Shown: piece after piece, positions 1 to 7,962 of the stretch
How the letters are laid out: every line of letters starts with the position of its first letter
Position numbering within the stretch: position 1 is the first letter of the stretch
NCBI GenBank assembly: GCA_000002975.1
Contig: AF083031.2
Location: forward strand, 120,001 to 152,000
Source: Guillardia theta nucleomorph
Lineage: Eukaryota > Protista > Cryptophyta
DNA: 32,000 bases
Direction of reading: 5' to 3'
Position numbers and translations under genes: made by a program
Notes under the pieces: generated by a model
Told to the model about the DNA's origin: nothing
The model's input: only the letters and a program-made list of their open reading frames with translations
Database searches by the model: none

Positions 1-2
1 TT

Positions 3-434
3 TTTAATAAAAAATGCACGAATTTCGAAATAAATTTTAAATACAACTGTAATATAATGCTAAATAATTTTGTTAATAAAAATTCAAAATGCAAAAATCA
101 AATGTGCTTGTGTTTTATTCAAACCTATAAACATAAACATAGAATGGTTTCTAAAAAAATTTATAAATTTAGAAAAAAGGCTTTTTTTATAGGAATAATA
201 GTTGAGAATATTATATTTCGTCTTAACAAGGGAATTTGCTATAGGTTGTCCAAGAATTCCTGCATAATTAAAAATTTACTTTGTCTATATGACAAGATAG
301 AATATAAGTTATTAATTGTTTCTAATGGCTATTCTCTGTTAAATATAAGAGAACAAAATTTTATTTATTATTTAATAAATAAACTAACCAATGTCACCAT
401 AGCTCAATTGGTTAGTTGTAACCTCAGCATATGA
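3..434 (+). CDS. 5'-partial hypothetical protein; last 42 nt run into tRNA-Asn
   Basis: The frame of the 57..434 ORF is open back to position 3, so the gene probably starts before the window. Stop TGA at 432-434 lies in the tRNA anticodon stem. No recognisable motif. Confidence 0.55.
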   Translation, partial: FNKKCTNFEINFKYNCNIMLNNFVNKNSKCKNQMCLCFIQTYKHKHRMVSKKIYKFRKKAFFIGIIVENIIFRLNKGICYRLSKNSCIIKNLLCLYDKIEYKLLIVSNGYSLLNIREQNFIYYLINKLTNVTIAQLVSCNLSI

Positions 435-476
435 CTGTTAATCATAAGGTCGAGAGTTCGAGTCTCTCTGGTGACG
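393..476 (+). tRNA. trnN-GTT: tRNA-Asn(GTT) with a 10-nt intron in the D-arm
   Basis: Acceptor GTCACCA/TGGTGAC, anticodon arm TATGA-CTGTTAA-TCATA, T-arm GAGAG-TTCGAGT-CTCTC. D-stem GCTC/GAGC is restored only by removing TTGTAACCTC (416-425). Confidence 0.93.
416..425 (+). other. non-canonically positioned tRNA intron (D-arm), about 10 nt
   Basis: The insertion interrupts the 3' strand of the D-stem. Intron TAACC pairs with exon GGTTA (410-414). Exact boundaries could shift by 1-2 nt. Confidence 0.8.
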
Positions 477-486
477 GTAATTTATC

Positions 487-1259
487 ATGAGTTCTATAAA
501 ATCAGGTGTAAGTACTTAATTTCTTTGCTTATTTATTTGAAAAGATTTTCATAGTATGATTTACTTCCAACAATATTTACACCCGAAGGAAAATTATTGC
601 AACTTGAATATTCTTCCAAATGTATCAATAAATCAAATATAGCATTAGGGATTAAATGCAATGATGGCTTAATTATATTTAAAGAAATTGATTCGAATCA
701 ATATAATAATGATATTATTGAATGTAACATGATTTTCTGTTTGAACCACTATATGGCTATGACATCTTCTGGAATAACAGGAGATTTTAGATCGTTATGT
801 AACAGACTGGTAGATGAAAATCTAATCGAAAAGTATAGATATGGTTTGGAATTAAACTCTAAATATTTAACACATTTATTGAGTAGATTGTTTCATCTCA
901 ATTCTAATTCTTGGTCATTAAGACCATTAGCATGTGATATTATTTTAGGTTTTATCGATTATTCCAGTTTAGAAATCTTTTTTATTAGCAATCAAGGCTC
1001 TATAATTAAAACAAATAACATTTCAACTGGAAGTGCATGTGAATTAATCAATTTTGAATTAGAATCAATTTTCAAAGAAGAATTAAGTTGTAGAAAAGTT
1101 ATTTTGAAAATTATAAAAAAATTATCAGCCCTAACAAGAGACTTGCAATCTAAGTATTTTTATGTTAAGTATTTTGCTAAGAAGAAAAAAAAATTTACTG
1201 ATACTGTATCATTTAATTTTATCAAAGAAATTGAAAGGTATAAATTGTATCAATTATAA
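487..1259 (+). CDS. prsA7: 20S proteasome alpha-7 subunit (Pre10/PSMA3-like); join(487..507,555..1259)
   Basis: Spliced N-terminus MSSIKSG/YDLLPTIFTPEGKLLQLEY matches the alpha7 signature MSSIGTGYDLS.STFSPDGR.FQVEY. The ORF-track TTG start at 597 is internal. Confidence 0.88.
508..554 (+). other. spliceosomal intron, 47 nt, phase 0 (prsA7)
   Basis: GTAAGTAC...TTCATAG. Removal joins the ATG at 487 in frame to the conserved YD motif. Confidence 0.9.
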
Positions 1260-1271
1260 TTTTAATATTTG

Positions 1272-1490
1272 TTATTTTATATACTGAAACTTGTCTATAT
1301 TTGTTAAAAAATTACAACTTTTTTTACAATTAGAGCATTTAAAATAAAATAAATATTCGGATAATTTTTTTTTCAACAACTTATTTATCATTCCATTGAC
1401 TTTTCTTCCTTTTTTATTATTAAATTTACATAGTTTACAAGTTACATCGAATGGGAGCATAAGTCTACGTTTTTTCTTTTTGATAATCAT
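1272..1490 (-). CDS. yju2: miniature Yju2/Cwc16 (CCDC94)-family zinc-binding splicing factor
   Basis: RLMLPFDVTCKLC...KGRKVN...FYFKCSNC...FLTN matches the family pattern RLMAPFxMRCxxC...KGKKFN...FYIKCxxC...FKTD. Confidence 0.75.
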   Translation of the reverse strand: MIIKKKKRRLMLPFDVTCKLCKFNNKKGRKVNGMINKLLKKKLSEYLFYFKCSNCKKSCNFLTNIDKFQYIK

Positions 1491-1562
1491 ATAGAGATCA
1501 AGACAAAAACAAGGTAATACTGAAATATTATAAATAATTAAATATTGAAGATTCCTAAATTA

Positions 1563-2273
1563 ATGCTTATTAAATTTTACGATGACGATCATGATTTATG
1601 GAGTGATATGAGTATTAGAACAAAATTTAAAATAAATAAGAATATAAAAGTTGATAAAACTGGTACAACAATAATCGGAATTTGTATAAAAAACCATATT
1701 GTTTTGGCAGCAGATACTAGATCTACAAGAGGTAAGATTACAAATGATAGTTCATGTAAAAAAATTCATTTTATAGGAAACAATATTGGAATTTGTGGAG
1801 CAGGTACATCGGCTGATATACAAAATATTATAAATTATCTTAAAATTAACATTAATTTTTTGAATTTAGAAAAATTAAAAGAAACCAATTTAGAAGAATG
1901 TACAAAGATTATTCAGAATTTTTTGTTTAATTACAAAGGAATGATTTCTGCAGCATTAATTATAGGTGGATTTGATTATTATGGTTTGAACCTTTATTCC
2001 ATTTATCCCGATGGTTCGATGGATAAAAATTTTTTTATAAGTATGGGTTCTGGATCATTTGCTGCAATGACAATTTTAGAAAAAAATTATAACGAAATAA
2101 TGTCTTTAGAATCAGCAATAAACATATCAAAGCAAGCTATACTGGCTGGAGTATATAATGATTTGGGTTCAGGAGGTAGCGTTGATTTATATGTTATTTC
2201 CAAATCCAAAAATTTAATGTATAGAGGAATATCTCTAACTTTAAAATCTAATAATTACCTTGCAAGATCATAA
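1563..2273 (+). CDS. 20S proteasome beta-2 subunit (Pup1/PSMB7-like), catalytic Thr
   Basis: Propeptide followed by KTG/TTIIG, LAADTRST, GAGTSAD, SMGSGS and NDLGSGGSVD. First in-frame ATG is at 1563. Confidence 0.92.
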   Translation: MLIKFYDDDHDLWSDMSIRTKFKINKNIKVDKTGTTIIGICIKNHIVLAADTRSTRGKITNDSSCKKIHFIGNNIGICGAGTSADIQNIINYLKININFLNLEKLKETNLEECTKIIQNFLFNYKGMISAALIIGGFDYYGLNLYSIYPDGSMDKNFFISMGSGSFAAMTILEKNYNEIMSLESAINISKQAILAGVYNDLGSGGSVDLYVISKSKNLMYRGISLTLKSNNYLARS

Positions 2274-2275
2274 AT

Positions 2276-2347
2276 GTCTACATAGCTTAAAGGTAAAGCG
2301 TTCGTTTCGTAAGCGAAAGATTTGGAGTTCAAGTCTCTCTGTAGGCA
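2276..2347 (+). tRNA. trnT-CGT: tRNA-Thr(CGT), intronless
   Basis: Acceptor GTCTACA/TGTAGGC, D-stem GCTT/AAGC, anticodon arm TTCGT-TTCGTAA-GCGAA, T-loop TTCAAGT; 72 nt. Confidence 0.9.
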
Positions 2348-2358
2348 CAATGTTGTGT

Positions 2359-3969
2359 TTAAAACACATCAAAAAAAGGATGTTTCAAGATCTCATTAAT
2401 TAATATTCGTAAATTAGGATCTTTTCTCAAACAAAATTTTATAAGATCATTCAATAGAGAATCTGAATTTTTAGGAAAAATTAAGTGATCGAGTTTGTCT
2501 GTAATAATTTGTATTTTTTTCAAAAAAGTATACTCATAAAAAGGTGGATTACCATAAAATATTTCGTAGAATATACAACCAATGGACCAAACATCAGAGA
2601 ATTTCCCTATTTTATATTTCTTTTTTCCGGTGAAAAATGAGTTTTCAATTATTGCTTCTGGAGAAATATAATTAATTGAACCAATTTGAATTTCTCTTGA
2701 AATATTAGACCTATTAACATAGATTTCATGAGATATACCGAAATCTATGATTTTAAGTGATTTTTTTATAAACATAAAATTTGATGGTTTTAAATCACTA
2801 TGGACAATTTTTTCACTGTGTAATAGATTAACTGCGTCTGCTATTTGTAAACATAAAAGTTTTTTAGAATTAATGTTTCTATTAAGAGGATTACGTAAAA
2901 GTTCATGTAAATTTTCCTTTCCAAATTCTAAAATTATGGAAATTTTTGAATTAAATAAGTTAAATTCTACATCAATAATATGAATTATTCCTTTCCTCTT
3001 ATTCATTGCTTTTAAAATACTTATCTCTTTTAAACAAAAATTTTTATTATTCTGATTAATTTTTATTTTTTTTAATGCAAAAATTTTTTTATTTTGATCT
3101 ATAATTTTGTAAACCTTTCCGCTTCCACCTTTAGCAATTAAGCAAATTTTGATATAAATAACACCATTTATTAATAATAAATCTGAATAACTTACAAAAT
3201 TAGACTTTTTCATAAATTCAATACAAATTATTCGTGAGTGGCCAAAAGAGTTTCTAAAGTAAGATTTACAGAAAAAGATTTCATGATAAAAAAAACTAAA
3301 AAATTTTAATTTTTCCAAGTAAATAACAAATCTTTTTGTAAAGTTTATTGAATTTTTCAAAATTCTATGAAAAATAAGAAAATAATCAAATTTCATTATC
3401 TCAAAAGTTTTCTTGAAATTAGTTTTAATTGAAGGTGATTGTCTAAAAATAAAATATGAATACAAAATTATTTTTTCTAATGATCTTTTTTTTTTGCATA
3501 AAATACATAAAATTAATAGATTTGAATCTTTAATGTAGTTTTTAATCGTTCTTATATAAAATTTCCAAATATAATTGTGTATAAATTTAGTGTTCGGATT
3601 TTTGTTAAATTTAAGACATAATTCAGAATAATTTTGTACGATATTAAAATTATTTAGAAAAAAAATTTTGTATAATAAAATTTCAGTTTTTAAAAAAAAA
3701 AAAAATCTTTTTCTAAAATTTAAAAAGTCATTATTATAAAAATTATTTTCTTCGAATAAAAATGATTGTTGAAGACCACAGATTAGATTTATAAAAATTT
3801 CTGATTTATAATTTTTTAAAATATTTAAAATTTGTTTAAGATATAGGTAAATATAATTTTTTGAATCAAAAATATTCTTAATGTTTTTTTTCTTTAACAG
3901 TCTTATCTTTGAAAATTTTTTAAATTGGAATTTAAGAAGAAAAAAATTGTCAAAAATTAAAGATTTCAT
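2359..3969 (-). CDS. mps1: Mps1/TTK-like protein kinase
   Basis: C-terminal kinase domain with IAKGGSGKVY, IVHSDLKPSNF, LKIIDFGIS, REIQIGSINYISPEAI and SDVWSIGCI, all typical of Mps1. Confidence 0.85.
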   Translation of the reverse strand: MKSLIFDNFFLLKFQFKKFSKIRLLKKKNIKNIFDSKNYIYLYLKQILNILKNYKSEIFINLICGLQQSFLFEENNFYNNDFLNFRKRFFFFLKTEILLYKIFFLNNFNIVQNYSELCLKFNKNPNTKFIHNYIWKFYIRTIKNYIKDSNLLILCILCKKKRSLEKIILYSYFIFRQSPSIKTNFKKTFEIMKFDYFLIFHRILKNSINFTKRFVIYLEKLKFFSFFYHEIFFCKSYFRNSFGHSRIICIEFMKKSNFVSYSDLLLINGVIYIKICLIAKGGSGKVYKIIDQNKKIFALKKIKINQNNKNFCLKEISILKAMNKRKGIIHIIDVEFNLFNSKISIILEFGKENLHELLRNPLNRNINSKKLLCLQIADAVNLLHSEKIVHSDLKPSNFMFIKKSLKIIDFGISHEIYVNRSNISREIQIGSINYISPEAIIENSFFTGKKKYKIGKFSDVWSIGCIFYEIFYGNPPFYEYTFLKKIQIITDKLDHLIFPKNSDSLLNDLIKFCLRKDPNLRILINEILKHPFFDVF

Positions 3970-4002
3970 TATAAAAAAATGTAAAGTTAAATTAAAATTT
4001 AT

Positions 4003-4386
4003 TTATATATATTTTTTTCCCTTTAAAATATTATAGTTTAAAAATATAAATTCGTTTAAAAAGTTTTTTTTTAACGTGTTTGAATTAAAACCATTTGGAT
4101 TAGTTTTTATGGAATTTATTTTTAATCTTTTATTTTTGTTTATAAAGATATAGAAAAAACAATTAAAAAACTCATACATTAAATCATACTCTTTGATACG
4201 TTTATTGTTTATATTAACAAATATAAATTTTTTTTTTGCTAATTCAAGTTTTAATTGCTTTATTTCTTTAATCAATAAGTATTCTTCTAGTTTTAACTGA
4301 TAGTGTTTTAAAATAACTATCATATTTGTATCCATCAAAAATTGATCTAGAGAATAGTCATTAAGAATTTTTATTGTTTTTATCAT
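4003..4386 (-). CDS. dib1: diverged Dim1/Dib1 (TXNL4A) thioredoxin-like U5 snRNP protein
   Basis: Colinear similarity: SLDQFL..NMIVILKH vs QVDQAI..DRVVVIRF; IKEYDLMYEF vs VPDFNKMYEL; KNKRLKIN..TNPNGFN vs RNKHIMID..GNNNKIN; LKGKKYI vs RKGRGLV. Length also fits. Confidence 0.65.
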   Translation of the reverse strand: MIKTIKILNDYSLDQFLMDTNMIVILKHYQLKLEEYLLIKEIKQLKLELAKKKFIFVNINNKRIKEYDLMYEFFNCFFYIFINKNKRLKINSIKTNPNGFNSNTLKKNFLNEFIFLNYNILKGKKYI

Positions 4387-4463
4387 TTAGTTTATTATAC
4401 CTCTTGTATAAGATTAAATTTAAATGAAAATAATAGTAATTTATTTATTTTATCAAGAATTCT

Positions 4464-5075
4464 ATGATTGACGAATTATTAAAATCACACGACTTTACTT
4501 TTCACATAATTAAAACTCATCAAAAGCCAAGTGTTAATAATATAGGTTCTATTTTATATGAGCCTTTTTTTTTCTTCAAAAAAAAAGAAAACGGAATAAT
4601 TAGAAATATTAGAGATATCATAGGCTATGAAGTATTTAATTCTAATAAACAAATATTTTCAAAAAATTATGATTATAGAGATATGTGTATTAGAAGAGGT
4701 AAAATTGTAATCCATTATAAAATAATTGCATTTTTTTATAATATACAATTCTTGAATATATTGACTAATCAAAACTTTATTTTTAAAAATATAGTCAACA
4801 GTTACGAATATTTATTGTCAATTTTTAAAAATGAGAACTTAAAAAATCTTCATAATTTATTTATAAGAAAATATCTAAAGTTCGAATTTCATAAATCAAC
4901 TAAAAGACAAAAGGTACTGATAACTAAAATGGTGAAAAATAAAGTTAGTTGTCTGAAAATTATCAAAAAAATTGAATTTAAAGAATATTTTTTTGTGACA
5001 GATAACAATAAAAATGAGGATATTAGTCTTAATGAGAATTTAAGCGTTTTTATTTTTAAAAAATTTGAAAACTAA
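4464..5075 (+). CDS. hypothetical protein (203 aa)
   Basis: ATG-initiated ORF that fills the gap between its neighbours. No motif recognised. Confidence 0.6.
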   Translation: MIDELLKSHDFTFHIIKTHQKPSVNNIGSILYEPFFFFKKKENGIIRNIRDIIGYEVFNSNKQIFSKNYDYRDMCIRRGKIVIHYKIIAFFYNIQFLNILTNQNFIFKNIVNSYEYLLSIFKNENLKNLHNLFIRKYLKFEFHKSTKRQKVLITKMVKNKVSCLKIIKKIEFKEYFFVTDNNKNEDISLNENLSVFIFKKFEN

Positions 5076-5097
5076 CGAAATTAATAAATGTTTTTTT

Positions 5098-5547
5098 TTA
5101 ATTTTCTCGATTATTAATCAATTTTTCAGGTAAAATTTTTTCAATACACAAAAAATCTTTGACATTATCTCTTTGATCACCATTTAACAACAAAACATAA
5201 TCGTTATTTTTAATTACATCTATTCTTCCATTGCACCCAAACCTTTGTTTCATCGCTCTGAGAATTTTCTTTAAGTCTGGGATTTTTTTATTCTTATCTA
5301 TCTGATTTATGATTACAATATTACCCAGCCCCTCAATTACTGTTATAAACTTTCTACCAGTTCTTTGTTGTAGTCTGATCTGAATCTCATCGGATTGAAT
5401 ATTCAAATTTCTGTCATTAATATTTAAAAAATTTTTTTCTTCAATATACTGATAACTTTCAGAAAATTTCTTAGGACATATTATCTCTATAATTTTTAAT
5501 ATCAGAAGCCTAGTTGTAGTGATTATATGTTTAATTAAATTAAACAT
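5098..5547 (-). CDS. sui1: translation initiation factor eIF1/SUI1
   Basis: IQIRLQQRTGRKFITVIEGL, DLKKIL, FGCNG and LNGDQR motifs. Confidence 0.92.
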   Translation of the reverse strand: MFNLIKHIITTTRLLILKIIEIICPKKFSESYQYIEEKNFLNINDRNLNIQSDEIQIRLQQRTGRKFITVIEGLGNIVIINQIDKNKKIPDLKKILRAMKQRFGCNGRIDVIKNNDYVLLLNGDQRDNVKDFLCIEKILPEKLINNREN

Positions 5548-5743
5548 GAATTCTACTAAAATTAATATTTAAAAATATTATTATAATATAGCAGAATTAA
5601 TACACGTTTAATTTTTGAATATTGTATATTCTTGACATTCTTTAACTCAATAAATCTACTACGCAAGAAATCACCAGGGAAGTTATTTAAGACAGTTGTT
5701 TTCAATACATTTTATAATTAACCAAATACTGTTAATACTCAAC

Positions 5744-6226
5744 ATGTACAACGAACCAAGGACTTTTATTCCTAATCATATCCTGGTATCAATGGGTCTG
5801 GTTAGTACTTTTATGGTGATTATCTGCCTAGGCTACACTTATAAATTATTGCAAGATCTCAGTACTGATACAGTCAACCCTGTAGAAGTGTGTGACAAAG
5901 TAAATCAACTCAAAGTTCCTGAATATCTGGCCCATCTTTTTTTATCCATTGCATTTGTGATAAGAGGTTGGTGGATTGTTGGCTTCTTAAATTTTCCATT
6001 CATATTTTACAATTTTGCACAGTGGTACGAAGGGAAGCATCAGCTTGATTCTGCACAAATTTTCAATGTTCTGTCTCGTGAGCTTAGGGTTATAAAGGCG
6101 AAATCTGCTTTTTTTATCATAATCGTGATTTACACCATATGGGAATGGATGATATGGGTTCCACCTGATTATGTATCTGCAGGAGAAGGATATCATGTTG
6201 TAAAACAGATCCAAGTCTCACACTAA
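5744..6226 (+). CDS. cornichon/Erv14-family COPII cargo receptor (160 aa)
   Basis: LQDLSTDTVNPVEVCDKVNQLKVPEYLAH and GWW..FLNFPFIFYN match cornichon LxDLExDYINPxxxCxxLN...PE...H and LLNxP. Three to four hydrophobic segments. First ATG is at 5744. Confidence 0.85.
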   Translation: MYNEPRTFIPNHILVSMGLVSTFMVIICLGYTYKLLQDLSTDTVNPVEVCDKVNQLKVPEYLAHLFLSIAFVIRGWWIVGFLNFPFIFYNFAQWYEGKHQLDSAQIFNVLSRELRVIKAKSAFFIIIVIYTIWEWMIWVPPDYVSAGEGYHVVKQIQVSH

Positions 6227-6446
6227 CCAAGAATAAAAAAAGAATTAACTCTAAAATAACTTTCAACTTAATAAAACACTTCAGATCAAATCAAAATGTA
6301 TCCTATTATGTATAATTACAACTATGATGTTCTTAGCTCACATTGATTAATCATCCCCCTAATCACGCGTCGCCCATGTTATATAATGGAAACTATTAAA
6401 AACTATGAAGTAGAAAATAAGCTACGCACTCTAATATATAATTTTA

Positions 6447-7190
6447 ATGATTATCGAAGCATATCCCTCAGATGATTTGATTGTTAAAAAAAAAAATAGG
6501 GAGAAAAATTTAACAGATTATTTATTATTAGAAAAAAAAATTAAAAAAAAAAATAACATTTTCAAAAAGAAAAAAAAAATCAGAATTGAGAATATTATAA
6601 AAGAATACATCGATTCTTCAAAAAAAAGGATTAGAATTCAAAAATTAGCAAGAAAAGAAGGTAAAATTTATATTAATAAAGGGCCTAGAATTTTATTTGT
6701 TATTAGAACTAAAGGTATAAATGGAATTGATCCTAAATCAAAAAAAATTTTAAAATTATTAAGGTTAAATAATGTTCATGCTGGAGTTTTTTTAAAAATT
6801 AACAAATCAATTTTAAAAATACTTCAGTACATCGAACCATATGTTGCTTATGGGTATCCATCTATTAAAAACGTTAGATCTTTGATAATGAAAAAAGGCT
6901 TTCTTAAATTAGGTTCTAGAGGGCATTATAATAAAATTTCAATCGCTAATGATGTTTTGATTGAACAACGTTTCAAAAAAATAGGAATATCATGTACGGA
7001 AGATCTAGTTAAAGAAATTTATGAATGTGGGCCTTATTTTAAATTTACAAATAATCTTTTATGGCCATTTCAACTTAGATCACCTAAAAAAGGTTTTGGT
7101 AAAAAAGGAAAAAAAAAATCTGTAATAGAAAAAGGTGTTTTTGGAAATTGGGAATATTCTATTAACTTTTTAATAGAAAAAATGATTTAA
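6447..7190 (+). CDS. rpl7: 60S ribosomal protein L7 (uL30)
   Basis: FVIRTKGINGI.PK..KILKLLRL, EPYVAYGYP and NNLLWPFQL.SP. Confidence 0.95.
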   Translation: MIIEAYPSDDLIVKKKNREKNLTDYLLLEKKIKKKNNIFKKKKKIRIENIIKEYIDSSKKRIRIQKLARKEGKIYINKGPRILFVIRTKGINGIDPKSKKILKLLRLNNVHAGVFLKINKSILKILQYIEPYVAYGYPSIKNVRSLIMKKGFLKLGSRGHYNKISIANDVLIEQRFKKIGISCTEDLVKEIYECGPYFKFTNNLLWPFQLRSPKKGFGKKGKKKSVIEKGVFGNWEYSINFLIEKMI

Positions 7191-7193
7191 ATC

Positions 7194-7796
7194 TTAAATT
7201 TTTAAAATTAATTTTTTGCAAATCTTGTATTTAATGTTATAAATCATTACAGTCGAATTTTTACTTGAATAACAATTTCTTCTATTACCCACTTTCATTG
7301 ATTTAGATACCAAAATAATTAATTCTTTTAAATCCATACCGGGCCTCCATAAGAACTGTATTAGTGGAAATATATTCTCACATAAATTACCAATACAGGC
7401 ATAATTCGAAATATACGAAATCGCTCCGATACAATCAACAGTACCTAAAAATGGTTTTCCATTTTCTGTGAATCCAGCAACTAGAATTTCTAATAAATAT
7501 GGGTTAAAACGTTTTTTATATAAAAGAGTTGATATCAATGATAAGATTTCTATTGGTTCCATTTTTTTTTGTTCCTTTTTGGTAACAATTGATATTTCAT
7601 ATTCTAATATTTCTTTGAATCCATAGATATCACCTAATAATCCCACGATTCCTATAATTATATCTTCATGTAACTTAAATATTTTTTGAGTTTTAAATTC
7701 GGTTAAATATGATACAGAACCATTTTCTGAATCACTCGCTATACACAGAGAATCTTTACCCAGGATTGCAACGACACAACCCCCAAATGAATTCAT
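7194..7796 (-). CDS. prsB3: 20S proteasome beta-3 subunit (Pup3/PSMB3)
   Basis: GGCVVAILGKDSLCIASD, LLYKKRFNPY, DCIG and LWRPGM. Confidence 0.9.
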   Translation of the reverse strand: MNSFGGCVVAILGKDSLCIASDSENGSVSYLTEFKTQKIFKLHEDIIIGIVGLLGDIYGFKEILEYEISIVTKKEQKKMEPIEILSLISTLLYKKRFNPYLLEILVAGFTENGKPFLGTVDCIGAISYISNYACIGNLCENIFPLIQFLWRPGMDLKELIILVSKSMKVGNRRNCYSSKNSTVMIYNIKYKICKKLILKI

Positions 7797-7808
7797 TAAT
7801 ACCGAGGG

Positions 7809-7905
7809 AAAATACTACCAGTAGATTTTCATGTCATCCTTACGCAGGGGCCATGCTAATCTTCTCTGTATTGTATTAAATTTATGATGGAATATCCAAA
7901 AGATC
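7809..7905 (-). ncRNA. U6: U6 spliceosomal snRNA
   Basis: Minus strand reads ATACAGAGAAGATTAGCATGGCCCCTGCGTAAGGATGACATG...TATTTT, i.e. the ACAGAGA box, AGC triad, ISL and terminal T-run. The 5' end is approximate. Confidence 0.97.
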
Positions 7906-7962
7906 TATTAAATTATATGTAAGCGTTTCGGTAAATTTAAAAAATAAGTATATAATTTAAGT

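Noticed and set aside
1491-1562. Possible upstream exon/intron for yju2, or a U2-like AGATCAAG
   Set aside because: No GTAAGT donor at intron distance and no GTAGTA branch-pairing sequence.
2747-2983. Plus-strand 78-aa ORF
   Set aside because: Antisense shadow within mps1 with no motif.
5610-5631. Sm-site-like AATTTTTG followed by a GAATAT/ATATTC hairpin
   Set aside because: No upstream U1/U2/U4/U5 hallmark (no U6 complementarity, no GCCTTTTAC loop); expected by chance in AT-rich DNA.
5987-6214. Minus-strand 75-aa ORF
   Set aside because: Antisense to the cornichon gene.
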